The translations under genes and the position numbers were made by a program. A model generated the notes under the pieces. That model searched no databases. It was not told where the DNA came from and saw only the letters and a list, made by a program, of their open reading frames with translations. Below, piece by piece: positions 32,959 to 45,600 of a stretch of DNA of 64,000 nt; position 1 is the first letter of the stretch, and each line of letters opens with the position of its first letter. Source of the DNA: Chrysomallon squamiferum (lineage: Eukaryota > Animalia > Mollusca); NCBI GenBank assembly GCA_012295275.1, contig CM022678.1, forward strand, positions 11,036,001 to 11,100,000, read 5' to 3'.

Positions 32959-34370
32959 TATAATACAAGTCAATCAGTTAATAATAATGTGATGAAAAAG
33001 AAATATCAGAAAGATCTGTATTTACACAATTTGTCAATAAATTATTTCAATTAATCCAGCTTTGTTTTTGATTTTTTTTTACTTATTCAGGCTGTTCTGT
33101 CCACAAGATGAATATTCACAATTCAATCAGATTTTAATTTCATAAAGTAACACTTCTTTCACTTTGTTCATTATGTTATCGAAGTCCACCAATCAGAAAC
33201 TAAGATGAGACACAAATTGCAAATTTATTAAACTCTTTATCCACTGGCAAAATTCTCATCTTAATATGATATTTGTCTTTAATGTGGTTTCTGTTTTTTA
33301 TTATTTAATTATTATTATAATTCTTCTTTTTTTTTTTTTTTTTTTTACATTTTTCTAGAAACTAATTCCTATTTCCTTGGCATTGTGGGAATTGTTATTA
33401 TTATTTTTTTTTAAATTCTGTATCTCTCACACTTTCTCCTTCTTTGTTTGTTTTACATTTGTGGAAGACAAGAACTGTTCAAAGTTTTAAACTTTTTATC
33501 AGCTGCGTCCTGCATAGTTTTAACAACAACAATCACATTTCACTCAAACATCTGAAATGTTCCATACACAAATAAACTTTATGTTTTTTTGTTTGTTTCT
33601 CATTAAGGGTCAAATCCACAAAGGGGTGTAGTTTAGGTGGGGCTGTCTATCCCTTCCCCCAGAGTTTTCATTCATTTTGAAATGTCCTTCTTAATAATAA
33701 TAATAATAAAAGAATCATGAATCCATCCTAACTCCTTAAAAAAATGGTGGAATGTTGAACAGGTATATAAAATTTTATAATGAGATCACTGTAATCCACT
33801 GAAAGAATAAAAAAGTTTCTGTGTTTCTTGTACAGTTTAAGTGTCAGTTGGTAATACAGCTCTAAGTTGTAAGACAGAGAGATTTTTGTTCTTTGTTGTG
33901 AAGCAGACGTTTTTGTTCATCAGTGAAATGTTGTCTTTTGTCTGAGACAACCACAAATTAACATACAATTAAAATTTTATAGTTTCTATTTTTCAACTAG
34001 GAAAAATTTAATTAAATTTTTTTTTTAAACACATTTAAAATTTAAGACCTTTTTTTTTCAAATATAGTTAAAATTTTATAGTTTATTTATTTTAAAAAAC
34101 AGTTAAAATTTAATAATTGTTTTTTCAAATAGAGTTAAAATTTTATATATATATATATATATATACATTTTGTTTTTTTCGAAAACCATCCTTCCAAGGC
34201 TTTTTTTCCCTCCTTTTTTATTATTTTTGTTTTTAATCATACTTAAGTTTCAGTATCGTTTCATTCGCTGTTAATTTGTTCTTCTTTTTCTTCTTTCTTA
34301 AAAGAATTTCACTGAGAGCTTCACTACAAAGATGCTGTGTTTTTTTCGCAGAGTGCTGCTGTCACACAGG

Positions 34371-34664
34371 TCAAGGACAGTCTCTCTCGTCACTTCCATT
34401 GGGGCAGTCAGAGATCGTGTCACAGAAGAGACTTTCAGAAATACACACCCCACTGTCGCAGGCTCTCATTCCCTCCCCACAACCTGTAATCACACATTAA
34501 TTAACAATCACAAGTGAAAAAAAAAAACTGTTACTTTTCACTTTAAAATAAATGTCAATTTCTGGGACATTGGCTGTGACATCAGTAATTTAAAAACACA
34601 ATTTACTTTAATTTAATTACTTCAAACACTATAAAAGTTTTCAAATATTTATTTATTTATTTAT

Positions 34665-34697
<33 letters not shown>

Positions 34698-37600
34698 AAC
34701 AGACAGACAGAGAGATAGATAGATACACAGATAGATAAATAGATAGATAGATAGATAGACAGACTGATAGATTGAAACCTAGACAGACTGACAGATAGAC
34801 ACATTGATGCACAGACCAATAGACAGACAGACAGACAGATATGCAGACAAACAGACAGATATTTAGATATATTTGTATACTGACAGAAAAACCAAAAACC
34901 AAAAATAAAAAATGTAGCGGACTTGTTTAACATGTCGTGGAGAATCAAATTAAAATGTTCTCTGGTTTAAAATATGCAAATACTAAAATTAAGAGTTTTG
35001 GGGTTAAGACTAAATGTATTTAATTTATAAAACACAGAAACACACTGACCTGATGAAGTTGTAGTTGTTGTAGGTACATTTATATCTACAGGAGCCACAG
35101 TAGTAGCTGCTGATGTAGCTTCAACTACAAAAAAATATATATTATATATTTCACTGTTTTTATTTATACATGAAACTATATGTTACTACAACTACTGTCA
35201 CAATAACAAAAGTTACTCTGTCTCTATAACTAAAGTTACTACTGTTACTACAAATTACAACTGTTACAGATACTACTTTGCTATAACTAAAGTTACTACT
35301 GTAACTACGACTATAGATCTACCATTACTTTCACCACTGTCGGTACTGCTACAACTACTTCACAAAAACAACCACAACAATTTCCACTCTTACCAGGACA
35401 CCTCGTCTTCAGCAGTTTGACATCGTCAATGGCAACGTCGGCCTGGTTCTCGTTTCCTCTCTGAGCGACAAACACCAGTGACAAGTTGGCAGATGACGGC
35501 AGATCGAGGCACTTTGTCTTCCAGTTCATGTCACCATCAGCTTTGTCTCTGAACAGCTCTGTGACGGTGTTGTCAGCGTTGTCGTTCACGTAGACGGTGA
35601 GGATGCCCAGCGTTTTGAAAAACTGGTAGAACGCACTGAAGATGCTGTAGGAAAACTGCACCGATCCACCCACAGACGAGAACGTTGGTGTTGTTAGTGA
35701 CGATGCTTCACTGAATTTCCCATATGTGCCATCAGCGTAGATGTAGTGACCTGGATGTAGAGAAGAATAATGTGTACACTTCAGTTATTACAGTGACTGC
35801 TTATACTGTTTACAGATCAAATCTTGTTTGTATTAATACAATATTAGTATTAGCCAGTGAACCATCCTGAACTTTTAAACAGCACAGCATAAAATTATTT
35901 AATAATAATGAGAAGAAGAAATAGAAAAACACAAAATTAAAAACAATAAATGTAAAATACTTTGTATTAAATATGGCTTTGTACCTCTGGAAGTTAAAAT
36001 ATGGCATATAATTTAAAAATACTGGAACATGAAGCAAAATACTGATTAACATGATGAATTTGTTCATCAAAAACTGAGTGCTGAGCACAGTAAAATATAA
36101 CAAATAAAATAACTGCTTTGAGAAAATTTCAACTGGGGTTGAAATTATATATGCAGCTTTAAATTAAAACCCATGCTTAGACAAAATAATCCTTCAATGA
36201 ATGACTAGTGCTTTTGTTTCCACATGAAATTGTCAAGATATTTAATTTTCGTCTTATTTCCTATTTATTTAATTTTCTTTTTCACCTGCTTTTAGGGCTG
36301 AAAAGAATGATGACTGTCGTTGTTAGTTTCACTTACCTGAAGAATTGGCGAAGGTGTTGTCTGTCTTTGGGCCGGTGTTGGGTGTGTCGGTGGGGCCTGA
36401 GTGCTGCTGCCACTTGTACTCGGTGGAGTTGACAATGTAGCCGCAGAGAAAACGGTCTTCAAAGTCACATGACACACTGCGTCGTGAATCTGTCACAATC
36501 CACAAAATGTTTATTTTTTATTTGCAAAATTTAATATAAAATACTGCAACAATTTAGGTTTAAGTAATCACTTTTTGTGTTTTTATTACATTATTATTAT
36601 TATTGTATATAATATAATTATTAATTATTATTATTATTATTACTGTTGTTATTATTTTATTTAATATTATTATCAATTATTATTATTATTATTATTATTA
36701 TTTTATTATTATTGCTACAACAATATCACTTTTTTCTTTTATGATTTCTTTTTTATTTCTTCATTTCTTTTCTTTTTTTCTCTTTTCTTTTAATTAATTA
36801 ATTTATTATTATTATTTATTATTATTTATTATTATTATTATTTTATTATTTTTAATAAAAAGAAATGAATAAGAAATGAAGACAGTGAAGACAGCACATA
36901 CCACAGAGTTTGCCTTCGTCACTTCCGTCTTTACAGTCGACATTCCTGTCACACGTTTTTGACTTTGGAATACACGGACCATCAGGACACTTGAACTCAG
37001 TTTGTGTACACGCTGTAAAATAAACAAACACATAAATACATACATAAATAAAATTTAATATAAAAATAAAAAAATAAATAAATAAATAAAAAAGAAGAAA
37101 ATAAATAAAAAAGAAGAAAATAAATAATTAAGTAAATAAATAAATAAATAAATAAATAACAAGAAAATAACTAAATAAATTTAAAAAAAACACCTAAATA
37201 AATAAAATTTAAACATTCAATACACAATGAGAAAAGAAAGAAAAATTGTTAATAAAATGATAATTAAATAAATTCCGGCATTCTTTCCATGAGAAAACAT
37301 GAATTAAAATTTTTAAAAATCATTTCTTTATAAACAATAAATAATTATTAATAACATATAGTATTAAAACACTGTCAAAAATTCAAACACAAAAAAAAAA
37401 TCATTAAAACTGTAGAGCTTTTAGAACTAAATTTATTTTTCTCTTTAAATTATTTTTTCTGTTTAAAACGTAACATTAGTCAGATTTAAATAATAATGAA
37501 ACAATGAAGACATCGTACTAAATAAATATTTAATTTGTTAAATTTGTATTTTTAAAGCACATACCACAGCCAGCTTCGTCACTGGCGTCACTGCAGTCTA

Positions 37601-38720
37601 TCACTCTGTCACAGAACCTCGACGTCTGCAGACAGTAGTTTTCTTTTACACAGCTCATTGTCCCACTCGGGCAAACTGAACACAAAAATAATAATAGTTT
37701 ATGTTTAAAATAACATTTTATTTGTTTAAAAAGTAACTTGGTTGTAATGTTTGTTATGTAAATCACAAAGAAAAAGATACAGAGACAGAGGATCCACATA
37801 AAGACATACAAAGCATTATGTACTCATAAAATATATCCTCCTCATCATCATCTTTATTATTTTTTGTTATTAAATATTAAAATTTTTATTAACTATTATT
37901 ACTTTTATAGCCACTAAAATCTTTTTATTTTTTTTTGTTTACTATTAAAATTATTATTACTAATATAATCATTATTCTTATTATTTTATTATTACAATCA
38001 TTATCATCCTCCTCATCATCGTTATTACTAGTAACTCACTGAAAGGTCCACATGCACTGGCAGATATCTGGACATCGTCCAGTGCAATGAATGGTCTGTA
38101 TACATCTTTGAACTTTCCACTGGTCATGATGTAATTGAGTGTCACCCTGCCGGACACTGGAATGTCCACCTGGGTCTGTGTCCAGCCCTGGGTCGAGTGG
38201 TCAACCATTGTCCACACAGTCACAGGATCTGCTAATCCATCTTTTGTATACTGAATCTGATTGAATCAAAGTATGAGGGTTAATGGATGGATGGATGAGT
38301 GGATGAATGAAAAAGTGGATGGATGGATGGATGGATGGATGGATGGATGAATGAATGGATGGATGGATGGATGGATGAATGAATGGATGAATGGATGGAC
38401 ATACAGATGGATGAATAAATGCAGTGTTTACTTGACAACATATATTAATTATCAGGTACAGAAGATAAAGTTCTGTGTAACAGAATAATCAGTGAGATAT
38501 TTCTTATTCCTGACTCATGAGTTACTCCTGTGAGTTAACAGAAAGAGATGTTTTACTGTTACACAGAGAAAAACTAAATGTTTTGTAATATAACAAAACT
38601 TCTGCCTGGTTTATGTTCATTTTTCAAAATTATTATTTTTATTGTTCTTTGATAAATGTTGATGGGAACACTGGTTATAATGAGAAATATATTCAAGTGA
38701 ACACTCTCACCACTGTAGCA

Positions 38721-38760
<40 letters not shown>

Positions 38761-39104
38761 AGATGTATGTATGAATGTATGTATGTATGTATAACAGTAT
38801 CATGAAAAGTCTTCAGTATGTTGTTAAAACATTAAAAATGTGCATGTAAGCAATTATTACATATCAGCTATCATTATAGTTATCAACAGCTGTAAATCTG
38901 TGTTATGTAATTTAAGAGTTCCCACTGGACAGTACTTACCTCCAGTTTTCCACTTGCGTCTGAGAAGTAGAAGAATTTTAAACAGTTTCTCGAGTTTTTG
39001 AAAAACAATTTCTGATTCATTTCCACAATTTTCCCTTCCACAGCCAGTCGGGTGTCCAGAAACATCATAGCTCCTGAAAACAACAACAACAGACACTTAC
39101 ATTT

Positions 39105-39161
<57 letters not shown>

Positions 39162-39415
39162 CATATAACAATGATGTGCTAATAACGTTAACTTTAGAAA
39201 ACATATTTATAATTACGAATTTTTATTTATTTTACATCACAGATCTCTTTCTTTCTTTCTCTCTGTTTCACTTTCTCTCTCTGTCCCACTCTCTGTCCCT
39301 TTTTCTCTCTCTCTGACTGTCTCTAATTCATCTCTCTCTCTGTGTCCCTTTCTCTGTCTCTGACTCTCTCTGTCATTTTCATTCTTTGTTTTTCTCTCAG
39401 TATATGTGTGATCTG

Positions 39416-39475
<60 letters not shown>

Positions 39476-41090
39476 AAAAAACCAGATAAAAAAGACAAGT
39501 GTATGTCTCTTAAATCATATAATCTTTCTAAATTAGAATTTACTAACTAGTAATTACTTCAAACTCTTTTCATCCTGGTGTTCTAACCAGTGCTTACCTG
39601 ACTCATTTTTAAAGGTGTTGTCATTCATCATCTTGGGCAGAGTGGATGAATTTCCCACTCGCCATTCTGCAAGCCCGTTGTCATCTGTGTTCTGTTCAAA
39701 GCCACAAAGCAGGTTGTTTTCAAAGTCACACTGGTAACTATATGCTGTAAAATATCAAATATATATATTACACTCTAGTTATATGCTGTAAAATATCAAA
39801 TATATATATATTACATTCTAGTCACACACTGTTAAAATATAAAATTTATACAACATTCTTGTTAGACACTGTTAAAATATTAAATTTATATTAAATTCTA
39901 GTTAGATACTGTTAAATATATACATATATACTTTCTAATGACAATGTTAAAATATAAAATTTATATTTCATTCTCACACACTGTTTATTAAATTTATATT
40001 AAATTCTAGTTAGATACTGTTAAAACATATATACATATTTACATTCTTGTTAGACACTGTTAAAATATTAAATTTATATTAAATTCTAGTTAGATACTGT
40101 TAAATATATACATATATACTTTCTAATGACAATGTTAAAATATAAAATTTATATTTCATTCTTGTTAGGTGCTGTTGAAGTATTAAATTTATATTAAATT
40201 CTAGTTAGATACTGTTAAAATATATACATATATACTTTCTAATGAGACACTGTTAGAATATTAAATTTATATTAAATTCTAGTTAGATACTGTTAAAATA
40301 TATACATATATATACTTTCTAATGAGACACTGTTAAAATATAAAATTTATATTTCATTCTTGTTAGGTGCTGTTGAAGTATTAAATTTATATAATATTCT
40401 AGTTAGACTGATAAGAATTTTGATTTTTATTTACACTTCAGAAAGACATTTAAATGAACTTAAATTAATTCTTGAAATAAATAAACAATACCAAAGTAAA
40501 TTAATTAATTAAAGTAAATTAGAATACATATAAACAAATTAATAAACGAATACTAATTTAAACAAATGTTACTATGTGAATAAAGCGTCCAGAAATTAAA
40601 ATTAACAATTTGTAATTAATAACAAAATAAAAAAATTAAAAAATTAAAAATTAAACAATTAACAACAAGGTTTTTGTAACAAATGAAAAGAAAATACAGA
40701 CAGATAGACAGATATTGTTAATGATTTTTTTACCTGGACAGTTCTGTTCATCCTCTGCTCCATCACAGTCAGCTATGAAGTTACACCTGGCTGACGAAGG
40801 CACACACCTCACTGACGAGCCGTAAGCACAGGTAAACTGACCAGCTGAGCACGCTGAAAAATAAAAAATAAAAACAATTAATAAATTGTGATTGCTTTTC
40901 TTAACTATAACCAAATAAATAAATGGTAAAAAAAAAAAAAAAAAAAATAAATAAAAAAATCTGAATTACTGCAATATTAAAAAAAAACATAATATCTAAA
41001 TTACTGGAGTTTACTAAAAAAAAAAAAAAAAAAAGGCAATATTTCTAAATTACTAGTCTAAAAATAATACTAATAAAAAAAAAAAAAAAA

Positions 41091-41125
<35 letters not shown>

Positions 41126-41835
41126 TAATGTAAATAACTACATTATTATAAAAAATATAATAATAATAATTTTAAAAAAAAAACTCAGGGTACCTAAATT
41201 AGTGCAGTTTCCTGTCTGGAGAGAAACGTCATCAATTGATATCCTGGCTTCTTCGTTGGCCATGAAAACTATCTCGTACTCCCCTGCGCTGAACGTTACC
41301 TCGCCCATGAGCCACTTGTCAGGGGCTGTGAACTTTCCCTTCTTGAACTGGAGATGCCACTGGTTTGTGCTGACGTCGTGACTCCAGACATGCAGCCCGT
41401 CTCTGACTCTCCCTCGCATGTGGTAGAAGAATCGCAGACAGTTGGTGGAGTTCATGTGGTACTTCGGAGTTGTTATCACTTTGCCCCTCGCACGACTTGT
41501 TAGAAACTTCCCTGAAAAAAACCATCCCAGTTATACATATAACACAGTTAATGTAAAACAAGTTAATAGAAATTAATTTCCTGAAAAAAAACATCCCAGT
41601 TTTAATATAACAGAGTTAAAGTAAAACAAGTTAATAGAAATTAATTTCCTGAACAGTTAATTAACAAAAATAATGTAAAGCATTTTAATAAAAGTTAACA
41701 AATTTATTGTAAAACAGTTTAATACAAAGTTTAATACAAAGTTAATGAAAAATATTTTAATATAAATTAATCTAGAACAGTTTAACATAAATTAACAAAA
41801 ATAATGTGATGCATTTTAATCATCGTTTCCTAATA

Positions 41836-41868
<33 letters not shown>

Positions 41869-42643
41869 TTGTTGCACATACCTCTATAGTTGCCATGGGT
41901 GTGGTCATAGAGTGGGTAGTGGTTGTTGAAATCAGTTTCTACGAGATTTCTGAATTCCGAATAATAGCCACACAAAAATGAATCATCAAAATTACACGTC
42001 ACAGACACATCTGAAAACAAAACACATTGAAACAGTCACACATGACTGAATAAATGAATAAAAATTTTAAGAATCTATGTTATACTTGAACAAATGAAGA
42101 AGGAAGGATGTGAAAAATAAACTGGCTTAATGAGTAAATTAATAAAGGAAGGAAAAAACATGCTGAAAGAAATGACAGAAGCTAAGAATGAAATGCTGGA
42201 TTAATGCATGCATAATGCTTGAATAATAGTTGATCAGTGTTTGAGCAATGAAAAAATGAAGGAATGTACAATGGAAAAAAAATAATAAAAGGACTGATGA
42301 ATTATTGACATTAATTATTACCTTTATTTACATTAATTATAACCTTTTACATTAATTGTAGCAAGCATTTATAACAATTATAACAATCATTGACATTAGC
42401 TACAATAATTAATTAGTTAATTTGTAATAAACATTATTAATAGTATTCACGTTAAGTACAATAAATATTTACATTAATTAACATTAAATATGGTAATTAC
42501 AGTATTAATGTAAATTATGACATGTGTGTAATACTTACTACAGGGCACTATTTCATCGCTGTTGTCACCACAGTCATCATTTCTGTTACACAACAATTTG
42601 CTGTCATACAGGCAGGCGCCATTGTTACATTTGAATTTACATT
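34371..42643 (-). CDS. C-terminal LDLa/MAM array (3 MAM, 5 LDLa; 13 exons)
   Basis: MAM hallmarks CNFDD.FLCGY, CDFEN..LCGF and CDFED.FLCGY; DHT/DNT; CLRFFYHM; (I/V)(A/S)(I/L)DDV. The final LDLa ends [12 protein letters not shown]-stop. Confidence 0.9.
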
Positions 42644-45600
42644 CTGAAATAAAAATAATCAAATATGAATAAATGATTAAAAGAAGTATTATATGCAGTT
42701 AAACATTAAAATAATAAATTAGTTGTTTTCTAATGAGTTTTAAATATACTGATGTCACCAAACAAACTACAGCTATTAAATTTAGTAAATAACAAATTAT
42801 TTGGGGGTTTTGTGTTCAGTTTTTAAATATACTGATGTCACAGAACAAAGACCTATTAAATTTAGTAAATAACAAATGACTTGTTTCTTTCTTGTTTTCA
42901 GTTTTTTAAATATATTGATATCTTTAAACATACAACTATTAAATTTAGTAAATAACAAATTACTTGTTTTCTCTTGTATCCAGTTTTTAAAAACGTTAAT
43001 GTCACTAAAAACAGCTGGACGTCCAGGTTTTTTACACCCAGTGGACACAAAACTGGTCACTCCTCGTAACTTCCACGTGTTGTCATTAGTCAAACACACC
43101 AGTGGACCTCCACTGTCCCCCTGAAATATACACAACAACTTACTGATAATCCTGGCAAACACTATAGGCAATATATGTAATATAATGTAACTGATAAATA
43201 ATACTAATAATTATATCTGAGATGAAATAATAATTATATATAATACAATGTAATGTAACTGAGATATAAAATGAACTGTATGTACTAAATTTAATGTAAT
43301 ACAACATCAATAAAGTGGATTACTAACTAAATACATATCTAATATAACTGAGCTGTAAAACTAACTATCTATTAAATATTTATAATATCTGTAATACTAA
43401 TACTATGTATGTAATATACTTGACATGTAATAATGACTATATATATGTAATATAATAGATGTAATACTATCTATCTATATATATATAATATATGTATAAT
43501 ATATGTAAAGTAACTAGGATGTAATATATGTAATATAACTGACATATAAAGTTTGCTTACTAAACACGGGTTAATGAGACCGGAGTAGTAGCCTGCACAC
43601 ACGTGAGTGTCACTGATCCGACCGTTCCAGGCAAATGAACTGTTACACTTGTCAGTGTTCCACAACGTCATCTTTGCCTCCTGCAGCTGTGCTGGCTTCG
43701 GACCTGTCACAGTTTAAATATTTATTCATCTGTTTGTTTATTTATTTTCTTATTTATTTATTTATTTATTTATTTATTAATTTATTTATTTTTGTTTGTT
43801 TGTTTGTTTGTTTATTTATTTATTAATTAATTTATTAATTTATTTATTAATAGTATACACGAGGTTGCAAAATTAGGTATACAGCATCAGGAATTTGGTA
43901 GCAGATTAAATTAGTTGGACTCATTTTTCTTATTTTGAGTGTCATTAATCATATTTTATTTAAATTAATAAAAATGCATGTTTTTTTATATTAGCTTTTT
44001 TGTTTGAATAATAAATGCAATGAGTACTGTAAGTGTATTTTCTTTTTTCATAACTGTATACCTATTTTTTGCCCCCTGTATAGTTTATTATACAACATCA
44101 TGTGCTATTATATGATAGTATACAACATTATCTTACTTTATGTGTCATTATATTATATTACGTTACTTCACACAGTATGATATGACACTATAAGGTTATA
44201 TATATGTATATCTATCTATCAAACGTACCATTATCACTGACAGTCCTGCCCCAGCCTGTGATGTAGCACACACTGCTTCTAGAGAAGACGTCGCCATCGT
44301 CAGGCAGACAGATGGGTCTGATGAAGTCGCTGAACTGCACTGGCTCTGCCAGTTCGATCAGAGCGATGTCGTTCTTCACGTGGTAGATGTGGTTGTGGAT
44401 CGTCAGGTGTTTTATCTTCACTCGTTTCTCCGACTGCTCTGTTGAAGCTATGCTTGTTGCCCCGACAACGACCTCTATGTAACGGAAGTCAAGTGCGTAT
44501 GCCCTGAAAAACAAAGTTTGTTTTGTTTAGTGACATGGCTGGAGAGTATTTTAAAATTAATCAAATGAGTTCTAGTGATGTCATTAAACAAATGTTTAAA
44601 ATTAATCAGTGTTCTAGTGATGTCATCAAACAAATGTTTAAAATCAATCAAAGTGTTCTAGTGATGTCATCAAACAAATGTTTTAAAATTAATCAGTGTT
44701 CTAGTGATGTCATCAAACAAATGTTTAAAATTAATCAGTGAGTTGTAGTGATGTCATTAAACAAATGTTTAAAATTAATCAGTGTTCTAGTGATGTCATC
44801 AAACAAATGTTTTAAAATTAATCAGTGTTCTAGTGATGTCATCAAACAAATGTTTAAAATTAATCAGTGTTCTAGTGATGTCATCAAACGAATGTTTTAA
44901 AATTAATCAGTGTTCTAGTGATGTCATCAAACAAATGTTTTAAAATTAATCAGTGTTCTAGTGATGTCATCAAACAAATGTTTAAAATTAATCAGTGAGT
45001 TGTAGTGATGTCATTAAACAAATGTTAAACAAATGTTTTAAAATTAATCAGTGAGTTTCAAACAAATGTTTAAAATTAATCAGTGTTCTAGTGATGTCAT
45101 CAAACAAATGTTTTAAAATTAATCAGTGTTCTAGTGATGTCATCAAACAAATGTTTTAAAATTAATCAGTGTTCTAGTGATGTCATTAAACAAATGTTTT
45201 AAAATTAATCAGTGTTCTAGTGATGTCATCAAACAAATGTTTTAAAATTAATCAGTGTTCTAGTGATGTCATCAAACAAATGTTTTAAAATTAATCAGTG
45301 TTCTAGTGATGTCATCAAACAAATATTTTAAAATTAATCAGTGTTCTAGTGATGTCATCAAACAAATGTTTTAAAATTAATCAGTGTTCTAGTGATGTCA
45401 TTAAACAAATGTTTTAAAATTAATCAGTGTTCTAGTGATGTCATTAAACAAATGTTTGACACACAATAGAAAATTAATCAATGTGTTCTAAAGACGTCAT
45501 TAATGTTTGACAATAACTGATGACAGAAAATTAATCAGTGTTTTCTAGTGATGCCATTAAACAAATGTTTGACATAAAATAACTGATGATAGAAAATTAA

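Noticed and set aside
28259-34370. Specific polyadenylation sites for the two convergent genes
   Set aside because: AATAAA and TTTATT are too frequent in this AT-rich DNA to assign without 3'-end data.
44523-44741. ORF with repeated [13 protein letters not shown]
   Set aside because: It is a translation of the 43-bp minisatellite inside an intron.
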